From Octopus bimaculoides (Eukaryota): 64,000 nt of DNA. The position numbers and the translations under genes were made by a program. Below are positions 37,570 through 50,915 of this stretch, in pieces. The notes under the pieces are model-generated. The model saw only the letters and a program-made list of their open reading frames with translations, made no database searches and was not told the origin of the DNA. The first letter of the stretch is position 1. Every line of letters starts with the position of its first letter. The DNA lies in assembly GCF_001194135.2 (NCBI RefSeq), contig NC_068998.1:45087422-45151421 (forward strand), in the 5' to 3' direction.

Positions 37570-37985
37570 TACCATATAGAGATATGCAGGCTCTACCAGA
37601 GTTAATAGTAATAGTTAATAGTATAGAAAAGCTTCATCAGAGCTAGTAATAGCACAGAGATGAACATTTTTCATCAGAGCCAGTTGTAATATTCAACAGC
37701 TTTGAATAGGCTCCATAAGAGTTTTGTATAACAATCAATAGCATATAGATAGATAGGCTACAATGGAACTCATTGTAATAGTCATTGACATCAAGCTCCA
37801 TCAGAATAAGCTGTGATTATCAATAGCACAAAGATAAATAAACTCAATTACAATATCACCTGGTAGACTCTTTCCATCGTTTTGCTATTGTGTATTGTAT
37901 TACAACTGGCTCTATTGGAGCCTATGTCTCTCCATGCTACTGACTATTATTGCATAGAAATAGACAGGCTCCACCAGATCTTGTT
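37570..37985. repeat. Ancient ~40-47-bp minisatellite with an internal inverted unit
   Basis: Recurring gacaggctccatcagagccagttgtaata-like units, with a reverse-complement unit at about 37880-37950. Confidence 0.6.
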
Positions 37986-38150
37986 AGACTCCAATGTTTT
38001 CTGATAGCTTAAAGAGTAGTTCAGGCTATCTTCCTTTTCCTAAAAATGAAATACAAATTATAGTGAAACTAACATATTTATATACTTTGCTCTGAGAAAG
38101 CAAATCATTTAACAACATTGTAATCGCTCTAACTCCACTTTCTTTCTCTC

Positions 38151-38191
<41 letters not shown>

Positions 38192-39289
38192 GGAATATAA
38201 AGCTATACGTGCTGAATTACTTCAAAAACCTGGGGCATTAAAACCTTCAATTACTCTCTCCATCATCGCAATACTTATATGTAATGAAAGCTCCATTTAC
38301 AATACTGTCTACTCAGCACAGTATTTGTAGTTAACAGTCTACATTGTTTGTTGAATGAGGAAATAAAACATCATAATCATTATTGTCAACACCTGTTTTT
38401 CAACATTGTCTTGGATTGTACACATCTACACTGCCGCACTTTGGCACCTCTCCAAGCATGCATTTTACTTAGTTCACTTGTAACGGTAAGGTTTGAAGTT
38501 CTCTCTTCTGGACGATGCTTCATTTTATGACTTGTTACCCCTCCTTTCGCTGAATTATCCATTGACAAAGAAGATAGAGACGGACAGACAAACAGACAGG
38601 TGTGAGCATAGAAATAAAGCAGAATAGATTGTGACGTAAATACATAGTATGGAATATCTAGATGATAATAAAGGCAACTATTTACATTATAACTTACTAC
38701 AACACAAAATAGTTTTGGGTGTTAGTTTTATCATGCATAATCTTATTATTAAATGAATTTTCTATCTTTATGGAAATACCATAATTTTGCTTGTATGGTC
38801 AAATCTATTGGTAAATGTTGTTGATGGTTCATGCCATTGAGATTGTAGTAGCAGAAAAGCTTGAAGAATATCAGAATATCAAAATATTGGAATACTAAAG
38901 ATAAAAGAAGTTTATTAAGAAATAATACTTAAAAATAGGCATATTTCTATTAAATATATACACATATATAAATATGAATGCACATACATAGATTACCAAT
39001 GCCGATGCTAATTAAGGGGGAAGATAATTTTATTGAATAAACAACATGCTTATGCATTTACAGATATCCAATATTGAATATTTATAGACATGTATTGTTT
39101 ATATGTTTACTATTAAATATTCATAAACAATAAAAATTTATCTACATTTTTAATTTCAACAATACATCTCTTTATTGATAAACAGCATGAGATGAATCTT
39201 AAATACCATTGAAGAAAAAGAAGCTTAATGATAAATTCTCTAAGGAAATATCTCTATATAGATAAGAAATGTGCATGCACGTGGTTCTG

Positions 39290-39423
39290 CATACGTTTAC
39301 ATATGTATTCACTGCTCCACACATGCATATATATCTATATATATATATATGTGTGTAAACACATACACACTAATATGTGTATGTATATATAATTATATAT
39401 ATGTATATATATGTATGTATGTG

Positions 39424-39461
<38 letters not shown>

Positions 39462-39582
39462 TACACATACATGTATATTTATGTATATACATATATATGT
39501 ATATTTATGTATACACATATATGTATATATATATATATGCATGCACATATGTATATGGATATATGTATGTATATAGATATAG

Positions 39583-39667
<85 letters not shown>

Positions 39668-39700
39668 TAATATACACACACTCATATATTTTTCTTTGTG
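39290..39700. repeat. Compound (TA)/(TG)/(TATG) microsatellite block
   Basis: Directly visible; it is the source of the YI-repeat ORFs. Confidence 0.95.
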
Positions 39701-41147
39701 TGTGCATTCGTGTGTACATGCATATTTATGTGTGATCATGCATATTTATGTGTGATCATGCACACGTATACAAAGGATATGAGTAACGTTTTTGTGCAAG
39801 TCGAGCAGTTATTCCTGCACGAAGACCTCAATTCTGCATGTTAATAGTGCTGTTTAAAGGAAAAGCTTGTCTTAAAGGCCAATACAACTTGGCACCAGTG
39901 TCATTGTAGTTGTTGTCATCAGAACATAAAGGAGAAGTAAAGTTATTGCAAGGCAGCTCATCTGACACTCTGACAGTTCCATCAATTCCTCATCAACTTG
40001 GATTGCTACTTTTCTATCAACCTTGAGAGATTGGAAGGCAAAACCGACCCCATTGAAACTGGAACTCTGAGGACAGATAGTTGAAACATATATTGTGTGA
40101 CTCTCCAGTGTATAAACAATTGTGCAATTTTGTTACCTTTTGTATATATATCTATATCTGTATGTTCGGGTGTGTTTTAATCATCATCATCGTCATTACA
40201 AAACCTCTGTTCTTCATCTTCATGTGGATTGAATGTATATTTCCCTGGACAGATTTCTCCCACTTGTTGCTGTTCCTTGTCATCTCCTTCAAGAAATTCA
40301 GCATTCAAAAATCAGGTTGTGTATTGCACTTTACTATTCCCATTTATATATATATATATCTTTAGGTATATCTGTATGTATATGTATGTATGTATATATA
40401 TATATATATATATACAGTAGTAGATGCCCACTAAATGGTGCCGAATGTTTTTTGTCTTAAGGACTATTACTTACAATAGATTTTAGTTTAGTTTAGAGAG
40501 TAACACTTCTTCATTGTAGTCGCCCTCATCATAAGGGATCTGTTAAAATTTCCCTGCAAAAAATCACTTTATTATTTTAAAAGGACCACCTTGGATAATG
40601 TGGTTCTGGGTTTCCTGCACATGGTGAAAAGTGCACGGCAAAAATGCTTTTGATTATGGACAGACTCAATTAAAGTTGACCTGAAGTGAAGCAACAAGAA
40701 AATATTAGACACAAGACAATATCTGCCACAGCAGGCATGGCAGTAAGCCAGTGTGTCATGACGTAGTAACAAGAACCAGCGGATGAGATTACGTATATAA
40801 GTTTGCTCATATTTATATACACACAAACAAACACAACCAAACATGTGCACATCCACATGCATGCACACAGTCATACATACATACACAGACACACACTTGT
40901 TATTCCTTCAACAGTAGTCTTGTTGACGATTTTTAATTGCTTTATTGATTTTATCTATAACTAACTAGTTAATAAGTTCAACCTGTATCATTACATGTTA
41001 CTTGTATTGCCTCTTTAATATATGTGCAAACACACCAGGTTTTGGTAGTTTGTCAAACTGTACTTTAGGTATTCTTGCATAAATATGCATTTACACCCAC
41101 ACATAACAGACACACACATACATGCATACAAACACACACAGTCACAT

Positions 41148-41191
<44 letters not shown>

Positions 41192-41469
41192 CACAAATAA
41201 TAAATGAGTATATGCATATATACGTACAGGTATGTGCATACCTACGTCTACCTGTATATATAGGTGCATATCTGGGTACAGGACATTGCAAACAAAACGT
41301 AGACAAAAAAATAATAATAACCAGATTACAGAACACACAGAGGCAACATAGAGAACATTTTCCTTCATCAGCTACCCCCATTCTAACACAGGCGTTTCGA
41401 TATTTGAATAATGAGAGAGACAGAAGATGGAAGATATGAAAATGTTTATTAGTCACTACAATTGTGGAT

Positions 41470-41725
41470 GTGTGTTAGCTTTTGCCAAACGACCTACACA
41501 AATGATTTGCTTATAATGATCAAATGTATGAGCTGTACATTAGCTTACTCCCTCCATCAAATCGACGTTGCCTGAACAGCTGCATCAGGTATCAAAGTGA
41601 TTGCAGAGCAATGTGAAATGAAGTGCCTTGCTCAAGAACACAACGCACGACCCGATCTATGGTTTGAAACCATGATCTTGCAATCTTGACTGCAACAATC
41701 TAACCATCATGTGATGTACCCTCAC
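41470..41725 (-). mobile_element. CORE-like tRNA-derived SINE
   Basis: gcagagcaatgtgaaatgaagtgccttgctcaagaacacaacgc..tttgaaaccatgatcttgc..ctaacca, the reverse complement of a head plus CORE. Confidence 0.75.
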
Positions 41726-41850
41726 AAGCAGTAGTGATAATAGTAATAATAATAATAATAAAAATGATAATAGTAATGATAATAATAATAATAATAGTAA
41801 TAATAATAATAATAATAATGGTGAGTGTGATAATAATATTTATTCAAAAT

Positions 41851-42015
41851 TTTAGCACTAGGCTGGCAGTTTTGGGGTAGGGAGTAGGTTGATTACATTA
41901 ACCCCCCAGTACTCAACTGAAAGATTAAATGGAATTTGAACTCAGAACCTTGGGATGGACAAAATGCTGCGAAGCATTTTACGTAACATGCTAACAATTC
42001 TGCTAGCTCACCATT
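41851..42015 (-). mobile_element. SINE family C with (ATT)n tail at 41735-41835
   Basis: ggaatttgaactcagaac..atgctaacaattctgctagctcacc. Confidence 0.75.
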
Positions 42016-42036
42016 AATAATAATAATAATAATAAT

Positions 42037-42248
42037 CTTTTTTACTATAGGCACAAGGCCTGGAATTTGTGGGGAGGGGGTTAGTCGATCACAGCGATCC
42101 CAGTATTTGACTGGTACTTAATTTAACGACCCTGAAAAGATGAAAGGCAAAGTCGACCTCGGTGGAATTTGAACTCAGAATGTAAAGATAGATGAAATAC
42201 TACTAAGCATTTTGCCCAGCATGCTAATGATTCTGTCAGCTCAATACT
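42037..42248 (-). mobile_element. SINE family C, near full length, with (ATT)n tail at 42016-42035
   Basis: ggcacaaggcctggaatttgtggggagggg..gtcgacctcggtggaatttgaactcagaatg..gattctgtcagctc. Confidence 0.88.
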
Positions 42249-42751
42249 AAAACCTGTAAGAATCATGAAAAACTTATGGAAAACAAAGGAAAAGTTAAAA
42301 GGAAACACTAACAATCTGATATAGGTGGTCAGCATTGCAAGGAGAAGAAAGAGAGAGAGGAAGAAAGAGAGAGAGAGAAAGAAAGAGAGAGAGAGAAAGA
42401 AAGATAGAGAGAGAAAGAAAGAGAGAGAGAAAGTAAAAAATGGATAATAAAATTGATAGCATTCCCACAGAGAAGGAAATTGCTTAGCCAAGTCCAGGAG
42501 GTCCCAATGAAGGCTAACGGGGGGAAAATATTGTTTAGTACTAGAAGTTTCCCATGCAGGCATACATCCGTAAATATGTATGTACAGAAACACACAGACC
42601 CAAACATAACCATAATCACTTAAGTAATGGTTCACGAAATAACAAACACACAAAGAAGATCCCTAATGCTCACACATTCATGAGAATAGTAGTAATAATA
42701 ATAACAATTATGAGAGTTGTAAAATCACAGTAATTAAAAATGTTACAAACA

Positions 42752-42940
42752 ATGGCACAAGGCCAATAAATTGGGGCGTCTATTAATTACTTCAACCCCT
42801 GTGATCTACTGGCATTCTATAATGTGACCCCGAAAAGATGAAGGCGTTGTTGACCTCAGTGGCATTAGACCTCCAAAATGCAAAGAGCTTGAAAAATGCT
42901 GGAAGGCATTTTGTCCAAGACTCCACTGAATGCCAGTTTC
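42752..42940 (-). mobile_element. Older SINE family C copy
   Basis: ggcacaaggcc..gaccccgaaaagatgaaggcgttgttgacctcagtggc. Confidence 0.65.
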
Positions 42941-43144
42941 TCTGTCTTATTGATAATATTAAAAGAATAATAAATAATAATAATAAATAACAATACAGGA
43001 ATATATATAAATACACACATAGACACACATATGTATGTACACGTGCATATATAACAACATGATGATATACAAATAGTACAAAATAATAATAGCAATGGTA
43101 ATATAATAATAATGATAATAGCAATAATAATAATAATAATAATA

Positions 43145-43182
<38 letters not shown>

Positions 43183-43544
43183 GATAATAAACAGAAATCA
43201 TAATTACCAAAGTAAGAATAAAGAACGGAAAAATAACAAAAGGATAGAATATTAAAATGATGGTGGTGGTGGTGGTGGAGTGGTGGTGGTGGTGGAGTGG
43301 TGGTGGTGGAGTGGTGGTGGTGGAGTGGTGGTGGTGTATGTTGATGTATATACACATATATACACAAATATATATATATATCTAAATACACATATATATA
43401 CACAAATATATATATACATATATTTAAATATGCACACACACACACACACACATATATATATACACATGCACACACACATACCCAAATATATATGTATGCA
43501 TGTATTATGTGTGTGTCTTCGGTGCATGTCTGGGTTTGTACTCC

Positions 43545-43720
43545 CCCGTATCCTGACATTTGCAAATTGACTGTAAACAAAAATACCTTGCCATTCATAC
43601 GAACATCATTTACTTGCAGTCCTCCATGGAAGCATGTTTGGGTCGTTGTTGTTCCTTAGAATGAGGGATTATTTTTATTTGCTTGGAAACAGGTGAAGGT
43701 TCTCATCCCAAAGGGTTATA
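43545..43720 (+). mobile_element. SINE family A, tail type 2 fragment
   Basis: ttatttgcttggaaacaggtgaaggtt matches the 47755-48140 copy. Confidence 0.5.
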
Positions 43721-43980
43721 CAATGTTAGAAAATTCTGCTTCATAAAATAGTGTGTTGTCTCTCCTGTGTTAAAATGGTGATGATGGTGAGATGGATGTA
43801 TATAAGAAAAAATACATACCATATAACTATTCATGGTGTGCGACCAGTTTTCCAGCTATAACAGCAGTAGTAGCTGTTCTTTAGCCTTGCCATATTCATT
43901 TGCAAATGATGCAGAGGTTGATACAGCTCAGAGGGTGTAAATTCAATGAGTCATGCCAAATTATCTGGCTGTTGACTGGT

Positions 43981-44206
43981 TTAACCCTTTTAGCATTCAA
44001 ATTACTCTATCAAACATAATGCTTATCTATTCACTTTGTTTTGAATTAATCATTCATTATCTGATAGCTCCAAGAATTTGGTGATGTGATTCATCACTTT
44101 TAGAATGACTTTGTAAGGTAAGTGTGAAAGGTTGAATCCGGCCACTTTGATCATAAAACACAAAGAGTATTTGAACTGGATATGGCAGTTTAAATGCTAT
44201 AGGATA
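43981..44206. mobile_element. piggyBac-type MITE (same family as 12743)
   Basis: Starts ttaacccttttagcattc and ends tttaaatgctatagga. Confidence 0.75.
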
Positions 44207-44958
44207 GCTATCTTCTGTATTATGTGTCAAATTGTGGAGGCCCCCTTGTGTAGTAAATAAATATACATATGTTCTAATACAGTGATCATGTTTAATCTCA
44301 TTTGCACATATATAGGATTATGTATGAGGTTTTGGAATTTGTTTAAACAGCACATATTTTATGCATTGCATTTACACTTGCTTTCATGCATATGTCATGC
44401 ATACACACATACACAAGCAGTATGTATCAGTACATGCATGCACTCACACGTGTCCACATCCACATGCATAACTGTAGGTCATCTACACATGCATTAGACC
44501 TATATACATTCACCTGTACATATACACATTTATTCACATACACATATAGACACAAGCACATACATACACTTAAATACATTCATGTACTTAAAAGACTGTG
44601 GGACAGAATTTATCATCAAGTAGAAAATACTAGTAAGGTCCAGACCATACATGCATGGAAACGAACTATGTTACATTTAGACAGCTTTGAAGTACCTCAT
44701 ACACTGGAACAAAATTTAAATTGTATCCATTTTTTCTTACAAAATTGAACAGACAAAAAAGTTTAAAGCTACATTTGTCAGAACCATTTCTGGTTATTAC
44801 CTATAATTTTTTTAGGTCATTCAATTTTTCTCATCTGATCAATAGACCCATTGAGTAAACCTATCAGTAACATACCTATAATGACTACTGGAAACAGCTG
44901 TAAGCCAAATTTGCCCTAATAAAAGAAAAATATTTAATGACTATTATTTATACCTTGT

Positions 44959-44993
<35 letters not shown>

Positions 44994-45034
44994 ACACAAT
45001 CACATGCATACACCACCCTGCCACACACACACAA

Positions 45035-45182
45035 TGGGCTTCTTTCAGTTTCTCTCTATCAAATCCACTCACAAGGTTTTGGTCAGCTCAGAGTTATAGC
45101 ATCGTCCAAGGTGCCATGCAATGGTATTGAACCCAGAGGAATGGGAAGCAAACCTCTTACCACACAGCCATGGTTGTGCCAG
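45035..45182 (-). mobile_element. SINE family A head
   Basis: ttctttcagtttc..aaatccactcacaagg..aaggtgccatgc..ttaccacacagcca. Confidence 0.8.
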
Positions 45183-47643
45183 TATATGTGTGTGTGTGAA
45201 AGCACAAATGGCATTTATAATTTATGACAGGTGTTCTGGTAGAACTCTTTTTAATGCAGTCTGAAAAGATTATATCATGATATAGGATGCACCATCTTCA
45301 GGTAAAATTGTTAAAGGTAAGAGCAAGATTTTAAACATCAACCTAGACATAACCAACATTAACTGGACTGTTTAAAAGTTTAGTTGATGATGGTGTGTTG
45401 TGTATTATGATGTAATCTTTTATAACTTCAGTAAATAAATAAAATTTTACCAAAACAACTGTCGTAAATTTTAAACGTAATTTCTTTACTTTTTATACCC
45501 ACACCAAGGATCCACCCTTGAGTTTGATCTATAGTTTAAATTGGATTTGATACTTGCATATACATGGAATCCTACCAACACTTGATGTATTCAATGCTGT
45601 TTATTTCACTATGAGCTCTATGTTATCATACCAGGCGTGGTATTCATTTGAATATGAATTTATTTATTAATTGGTTATTTCTTCAATACATAACTTTGAA
45701 AGAATATCCAGTTAATATAGAAATGTATATTTTGTAATTTGCAATCTAGCAGTGAGTTTTGTTTTGCCTAATATTACCTTTATTCCAGTTGGATGTAAAA
45801 TTTGTATGCATATGCCTGTTAGTGTGTGTACATGTGTATGTAAATATATATATAGATAGATAGGTAGATGTCAAAAGACTGTATGAATGTATGTATGCAT
45901 GTATGTATATGCATGTAAACACTCACATGCACAGTCCTATGTATATATTCATGCAAACAGGTTCATAAATCATTAATATTAAATTCTAATTGAATGAACA
46001 AATTTGCAAAAGTTTTGAAATTCACCTGTGTAATAAAAGTGAGAAATTTTTGACATAAATTGGGGAAAAAAAACAAATGTAAAAGTCAAAACTCTAATAT
46101 TTTCATTTCTTTTTAAAATACGAGTATCATAGGCGTTTCTAAAAGTGAGCATATAGTTCAAACAACCAAAAACAACAACAAGAAAAAATGCGAAACAAAG
46201 TAAAGAAAATTATCAAAATTTCTCTTTCAACCAATATTCAGAACCCCATTAAAATTATGAATAACAAATTATGTTATGCCATTCAATAAAACATTAGGTC
46301 GGTTAAAACAGAGAAGCTTGTTTATGATAAACAAAAATGTTTAAATTAGCTTGAGTGGAAAGTGTGAAATGATGGAAATGTTTTAATTTAAAAACTAGTT
46401 ATTCAGATATAAATTGTGCAATGTTCTTTTTTCTTAGTTTTTTTTTTAAATTTTGCTAAAGGAAAATTAGAAAACACCCTAGTAAGTCAAAAATGCAAAA
46501 CTATAAAAGTTGTTACGAAACCTTCAAGACGATATCCATTCTTACTTTCAATGGAAATTATTTGATTGTATGTGATAAGAAACATTTCACAATTTATTAA
46601 TGAAGATTAATCTTTTCATTAACTCACAATTTCGTAAATCACAGATGATAGCCAGATTTTTTCTGGAACAAGATATTTTATTATTTAGAATTTGTAAATT
46701 TTGATGTTTCACTTGGACTAAAATTCAAATGAAATGTTCCTCGTTCTGGGATTGAGTTCTTGCTTTATATTTTCTTGCTCACAAAACAGTGTCTTTAAAA
46801 ATATGCAAAATACTGCAAATTCAATAAAAGAGAAATAAAGCATGAAATTCAATTAAGACTGTAAAAACCTACATTTCGTATTTCTTAAAAATGAACTGAA
46901 TATTTTAATCAAAGGTTGCTAATTTCAGACTTTGAAGAATAAGGTAAAAATCCAGTAGGTTTAAGTTTAAAAGATAACACAAAAAATGATTCTAAGAATG
47001 AAAGGGTTTTTGTTATAGAATTTGTGTAGTTCTATGCAATTTTGAGCAAAGTTCATGTAATTACGTTGGTATATGAAAATGCAAAATTCTGGAAAAATTA
47101 CAATTTATTTATTATTTTATTAATATCTTCATGGGATTTTGAATTAGCAAGTAATACAAATAATGCTGTATGATTCGGAGAATTTGCGTACATTATATAA
47201 ATTGTGTGGAGATAATTCTATAGTCATGTGATAGAAAATGAAATTGATTATATATTCATTTAGTGGTTAATATATTGGTAAATTCTTAAGCATGCTAAAC
47301 TTTTGATTTCTTTTTGCACTCATACTGCATGTCTTTCAACAAGGTGCATAAGTCATCACCACAAACCTGTGCATCAGTAGGCCAACCATTTTTCTACTGT
47401 CTGTCAATGTGCATCAACAATGGATTCCATTATAATGACTACTTTTGTGAAACGATCGTAAGATGCATTAATTAACAAATTTTTAATACATTACTATTTT
47501 AGACATATATATCTCCCTGAGGAATTTTTTTGATATTAAATTTCATGCTATCATTTCAAAATACAGTATATATTGAGTTAATTATAAGTTTTAAATTTTC
47601 TAAACTCAGTTTTATACACCCACCCAACCTCCCCCACACACAC

Positions 47644-47701
<58 letters not shown>

Positions 47702-47754
47702 ATGTATGTATGTATGTATGTACGTACGTACATATGTATGTATGTATGTATAGA

Positions 47755-48140
47755 ATAGGCATAGGTATGGTCATGTGGTTAAGAAGTTTGCTTGCCAACC
47801 ACATGGTTTTAGGTTCAGTCCCACAACATGGTACCTTGGGCAGCTGTCTTCTGCTATAGCCATAACCTGACCAAAGTCTTGTGAATGGATGTGGTTTATG
47901 GAAACTGAAAGAAGCCCATTACACATACGTGTGTGTGTTTACGTCATGTGATATTGCAAACTGGCATCCTTGCCATACAAGCAGTGTCTTTAATTTTCAA
48001 TCTCCCATGAAAACACATCAAGTCATTGGGAAATATTACCTTGCTTGGAAACATGAGTTTTGGTGACAGGGAAGGCATTTCAATGAATTCTGTCTGACCC
48101 ATATGAGCATGGATAAGTGGGTGTTAAAACAATGATGATG
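47755..48140 (+). mobile_element. SINE family A, full length, tail type 2 ending in (ATG)n
   Basis: Head tggtcatgtggttaag..ggttcagtccc, short internal (TG), tail ..gcatggataagtgggtgttaaaacaatgatgatga. Confidence 0.85.
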
Positions 48141-48419
48141 AGAATATTGCCAATGCCTCTGCCACTGTTGATAACAACAGCTTCATATTTATGAAGTTTC
48201 AATTTTGTTAATTTAAATTAAATCCCAAGATAAAAATAAATTATGAATAAAGATGTCTATAGAATATAATTTGACTGAATACGACAACTCTGTGTAATTC
48301 ATAATAATATTTAACTGTGAATGTTTTATCTTCTATAGCCAGGTTAATTACCATGAAATTGCAAATAATATTAACTCACTTTAGTTTGAAAAAATCTGCA
48401 TGGCTTTTTACTTGTTACA

Positions 48420-48625
48420 TATCAGGAGATGCTAAAATGTTCCTGGCTGTGTGTAAAAGAAAATACAGGTAGATCAGTAAATTATAATTTTATTCAACAT
48501 ATTTCCCTCTCAGATTCACACACTTATTACAGCAGTTCTTCAGCTTTTCTGAGCCCTGTAAAAGAACTTAGAAGCGTTGGCCTCCAACCAGGACTTTCTC
48601 AATACCCTTAAAGCCATGAAATTTA
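48420..48625 (-). mobile_element. Mariner-type transposon 3' end and TIR
   Basis: Minus-strand WLEA..KFFYR/EKLKNCCNKCVNLRGKYVE* (mariner C-terminal KC....G.YVE), followed by a TIR-like end ta-tcaggagatgctaaaatgttcctggc. Confidence 0.75.
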
Positions 48626-50878
48626 CAGTACCTCCTTGTATACTTGTATACTAATGAAAGTCCTACAACTTAGTAAAACAAGTGGCAATGGATACCCTGG
48701 AGCAAATGGATGCACACAACATTGGAAAGACAGATATCAGTACACCACAATTACATTATACATTTTTCACATTAAGACTTGTATGAAAAGACCAACCCAA
48801 CGATGTCATAAAAATGTCTAGTGATGAAAAGTTTTTAGGCCAGTCATACAGCAGATGATTCTGTAGAAGTGGTCAAGTTAATGCTAAAAGCCAAACCTTC
48901 TTTGCTACTGCATTGCATGTATATAATTAGTTTAAGCTGGTGAAAGACTGACAATGGCTTTTACCAAAATATGGAAGTTCAGACTTCTCATTTTAATTTT
49001 ACTCTATGGCTTAGACTTCATGCTTGAACAATTATGAATTTAAAAAAAAAAAGTAAAACTAAATATAATTCACTGGTGCATCATCTTAATTTAAGGTTAT
49101 TCAATTCCAAATGAATGGATATTTCAGTAGTATGCATATGTAATATGACTTGATAGCCAGAACTAAATATAGAAGTGGATAAGTCTAATAATAACGGTAA
49201 GTTAGCAGACGCAAACAAATGACAATTTAGTATGAGATAAAGTTGACTTAACTAGGTTATGGCAGAGAAAAAAAAATGGTCTCTGTAGAAATACAACTAA
49301 CAAAACAGATATAAAAATATTATAGGATTATTTAGGAAATGAAGAAGTATGAAGAGAAAAGGAGAAATGAGATATTAAACCATACGTTTATTAAATAGTC
49401 AAAAATAAATTGCCAAAAAGATGAGAAAGTATCAAAATGTAAGCTATTGTAAGACTGTTTTCATGAATAATAAAAACAAAGATATTGTCCAAAACAGCAT
49501 TGGTAGAACTGGAAATGGAATCATGAATATTTCTAAAGAAATTACATGTGCTTGATATGACATATAAATAATGATAGAAACAAACACAAAACAAAAATCA
49601 TAATTCATAAACGTATAAACATTAATGCAGCTAATCAACACACATATTTAAAAGGTATTTCTACATTTAGACTAAAAGAGCCTTAATAATGAAATACATA
49701 CAGAAATGCACATGCAATTCAATTTTATTAATGTCTTTGAATATATAAAAAGAAATATTTCTGAGTAATAAACTGAAATGCTATCAATTATTGAGTCATT
49801 ATCTCCACAGATTTTAGAGTACATGTAACATTAGTTAAAACTGAGAAAATAGGAGTAGTACACAAAGCTCAACTTGGAGTCGTTGGTTCATACCCTGTCT
49901 GCTGCAAATCATGCTTCTTAACCTTCCAAATGCTGTACAAGCTAGTGAGATCTCTCTTATTACATATTCTTTTCCCTTTGCTACTATATTACCAAAGAAC
50001 CTAGTCTGTGGTATATTTTTACTTCAGAAACATCCAAAGTGAACATTTCCTTTCTATTTAGAAATGTACTGCTTACAAGCCATAAAAGGGGTTTCATTTT
50101 CATTATGTGACATAGAATGACTCCCATAAGAAAATCTTTTCACATGTAATACACCGTTACCAGGGTGATAAGAACGAAGTCTATGAAATGGTTCAGTCTC
50201 GTAATAAGGGCACACAGTAACAACATGGCAGTGTTGTTCGACTGAGATTTTTCAAATTACAGATTGCATAATAGATCACCACAAAAATAAACTACTCACA
50301 TCCATAAGGAGATAAGTTTATTACTTTCAACAGCAGAGGTCATTGCACCTAATCAGAGGAGATAGTAATGGTTTGACTACTATGAGTGACTAAGAATAAT
50401 AAGACTATCTCCTCGATTTTTGATCACCATGTCTAAAAAGTATCAGTATTCAAAAATGTGGATTAACTGCATCATCACTGGTTTCTAAAGTTAAAATATA
50501 TCTACACTAGCAAAGTTAACTAGAGTTATCTGGGTATTGTATCAAAAGGAAATAAGACATCAAGGTGTGATTTAAGGGGAAAAAGTTAGTTACTATGTAA
50601 GACATCTCACTTGTTGGTTTACATGTGTGCACATAGGCACACACACACACAATCACATACACAAACACACACTCACATGCACACACTCACTCATACACAT
50701 GCACACCTACATACATAATACAGAAGGGTATGGTTTTGATGGAAAGCTGCTACTATTTTTAGCATTTTTAGATACCTTGTGGATGACCACTTGTTGGCTC
50801 ATGCATATACATATATTGTTATATACAGATATGTATATAACATATGCATATAAACATGCATTATCATAGATATATATG

Positions 50879-50915
<37 letters not shown>

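Noticed and set aside
39271-39755. Cluster of 94-108-aa ORFs
   Set aside because: Microsatellite translations; the same applies to 19121-19574, 41015-41456, 42792-43598 and 59101-60051.
50040-50160. Decayed C2H2-zinc-finger-like words on the minus strand (CEKIF..SH..ETPF)
   Set aside because: Needs frameshifts and lacks the Cys/His spacing; too weak to call.
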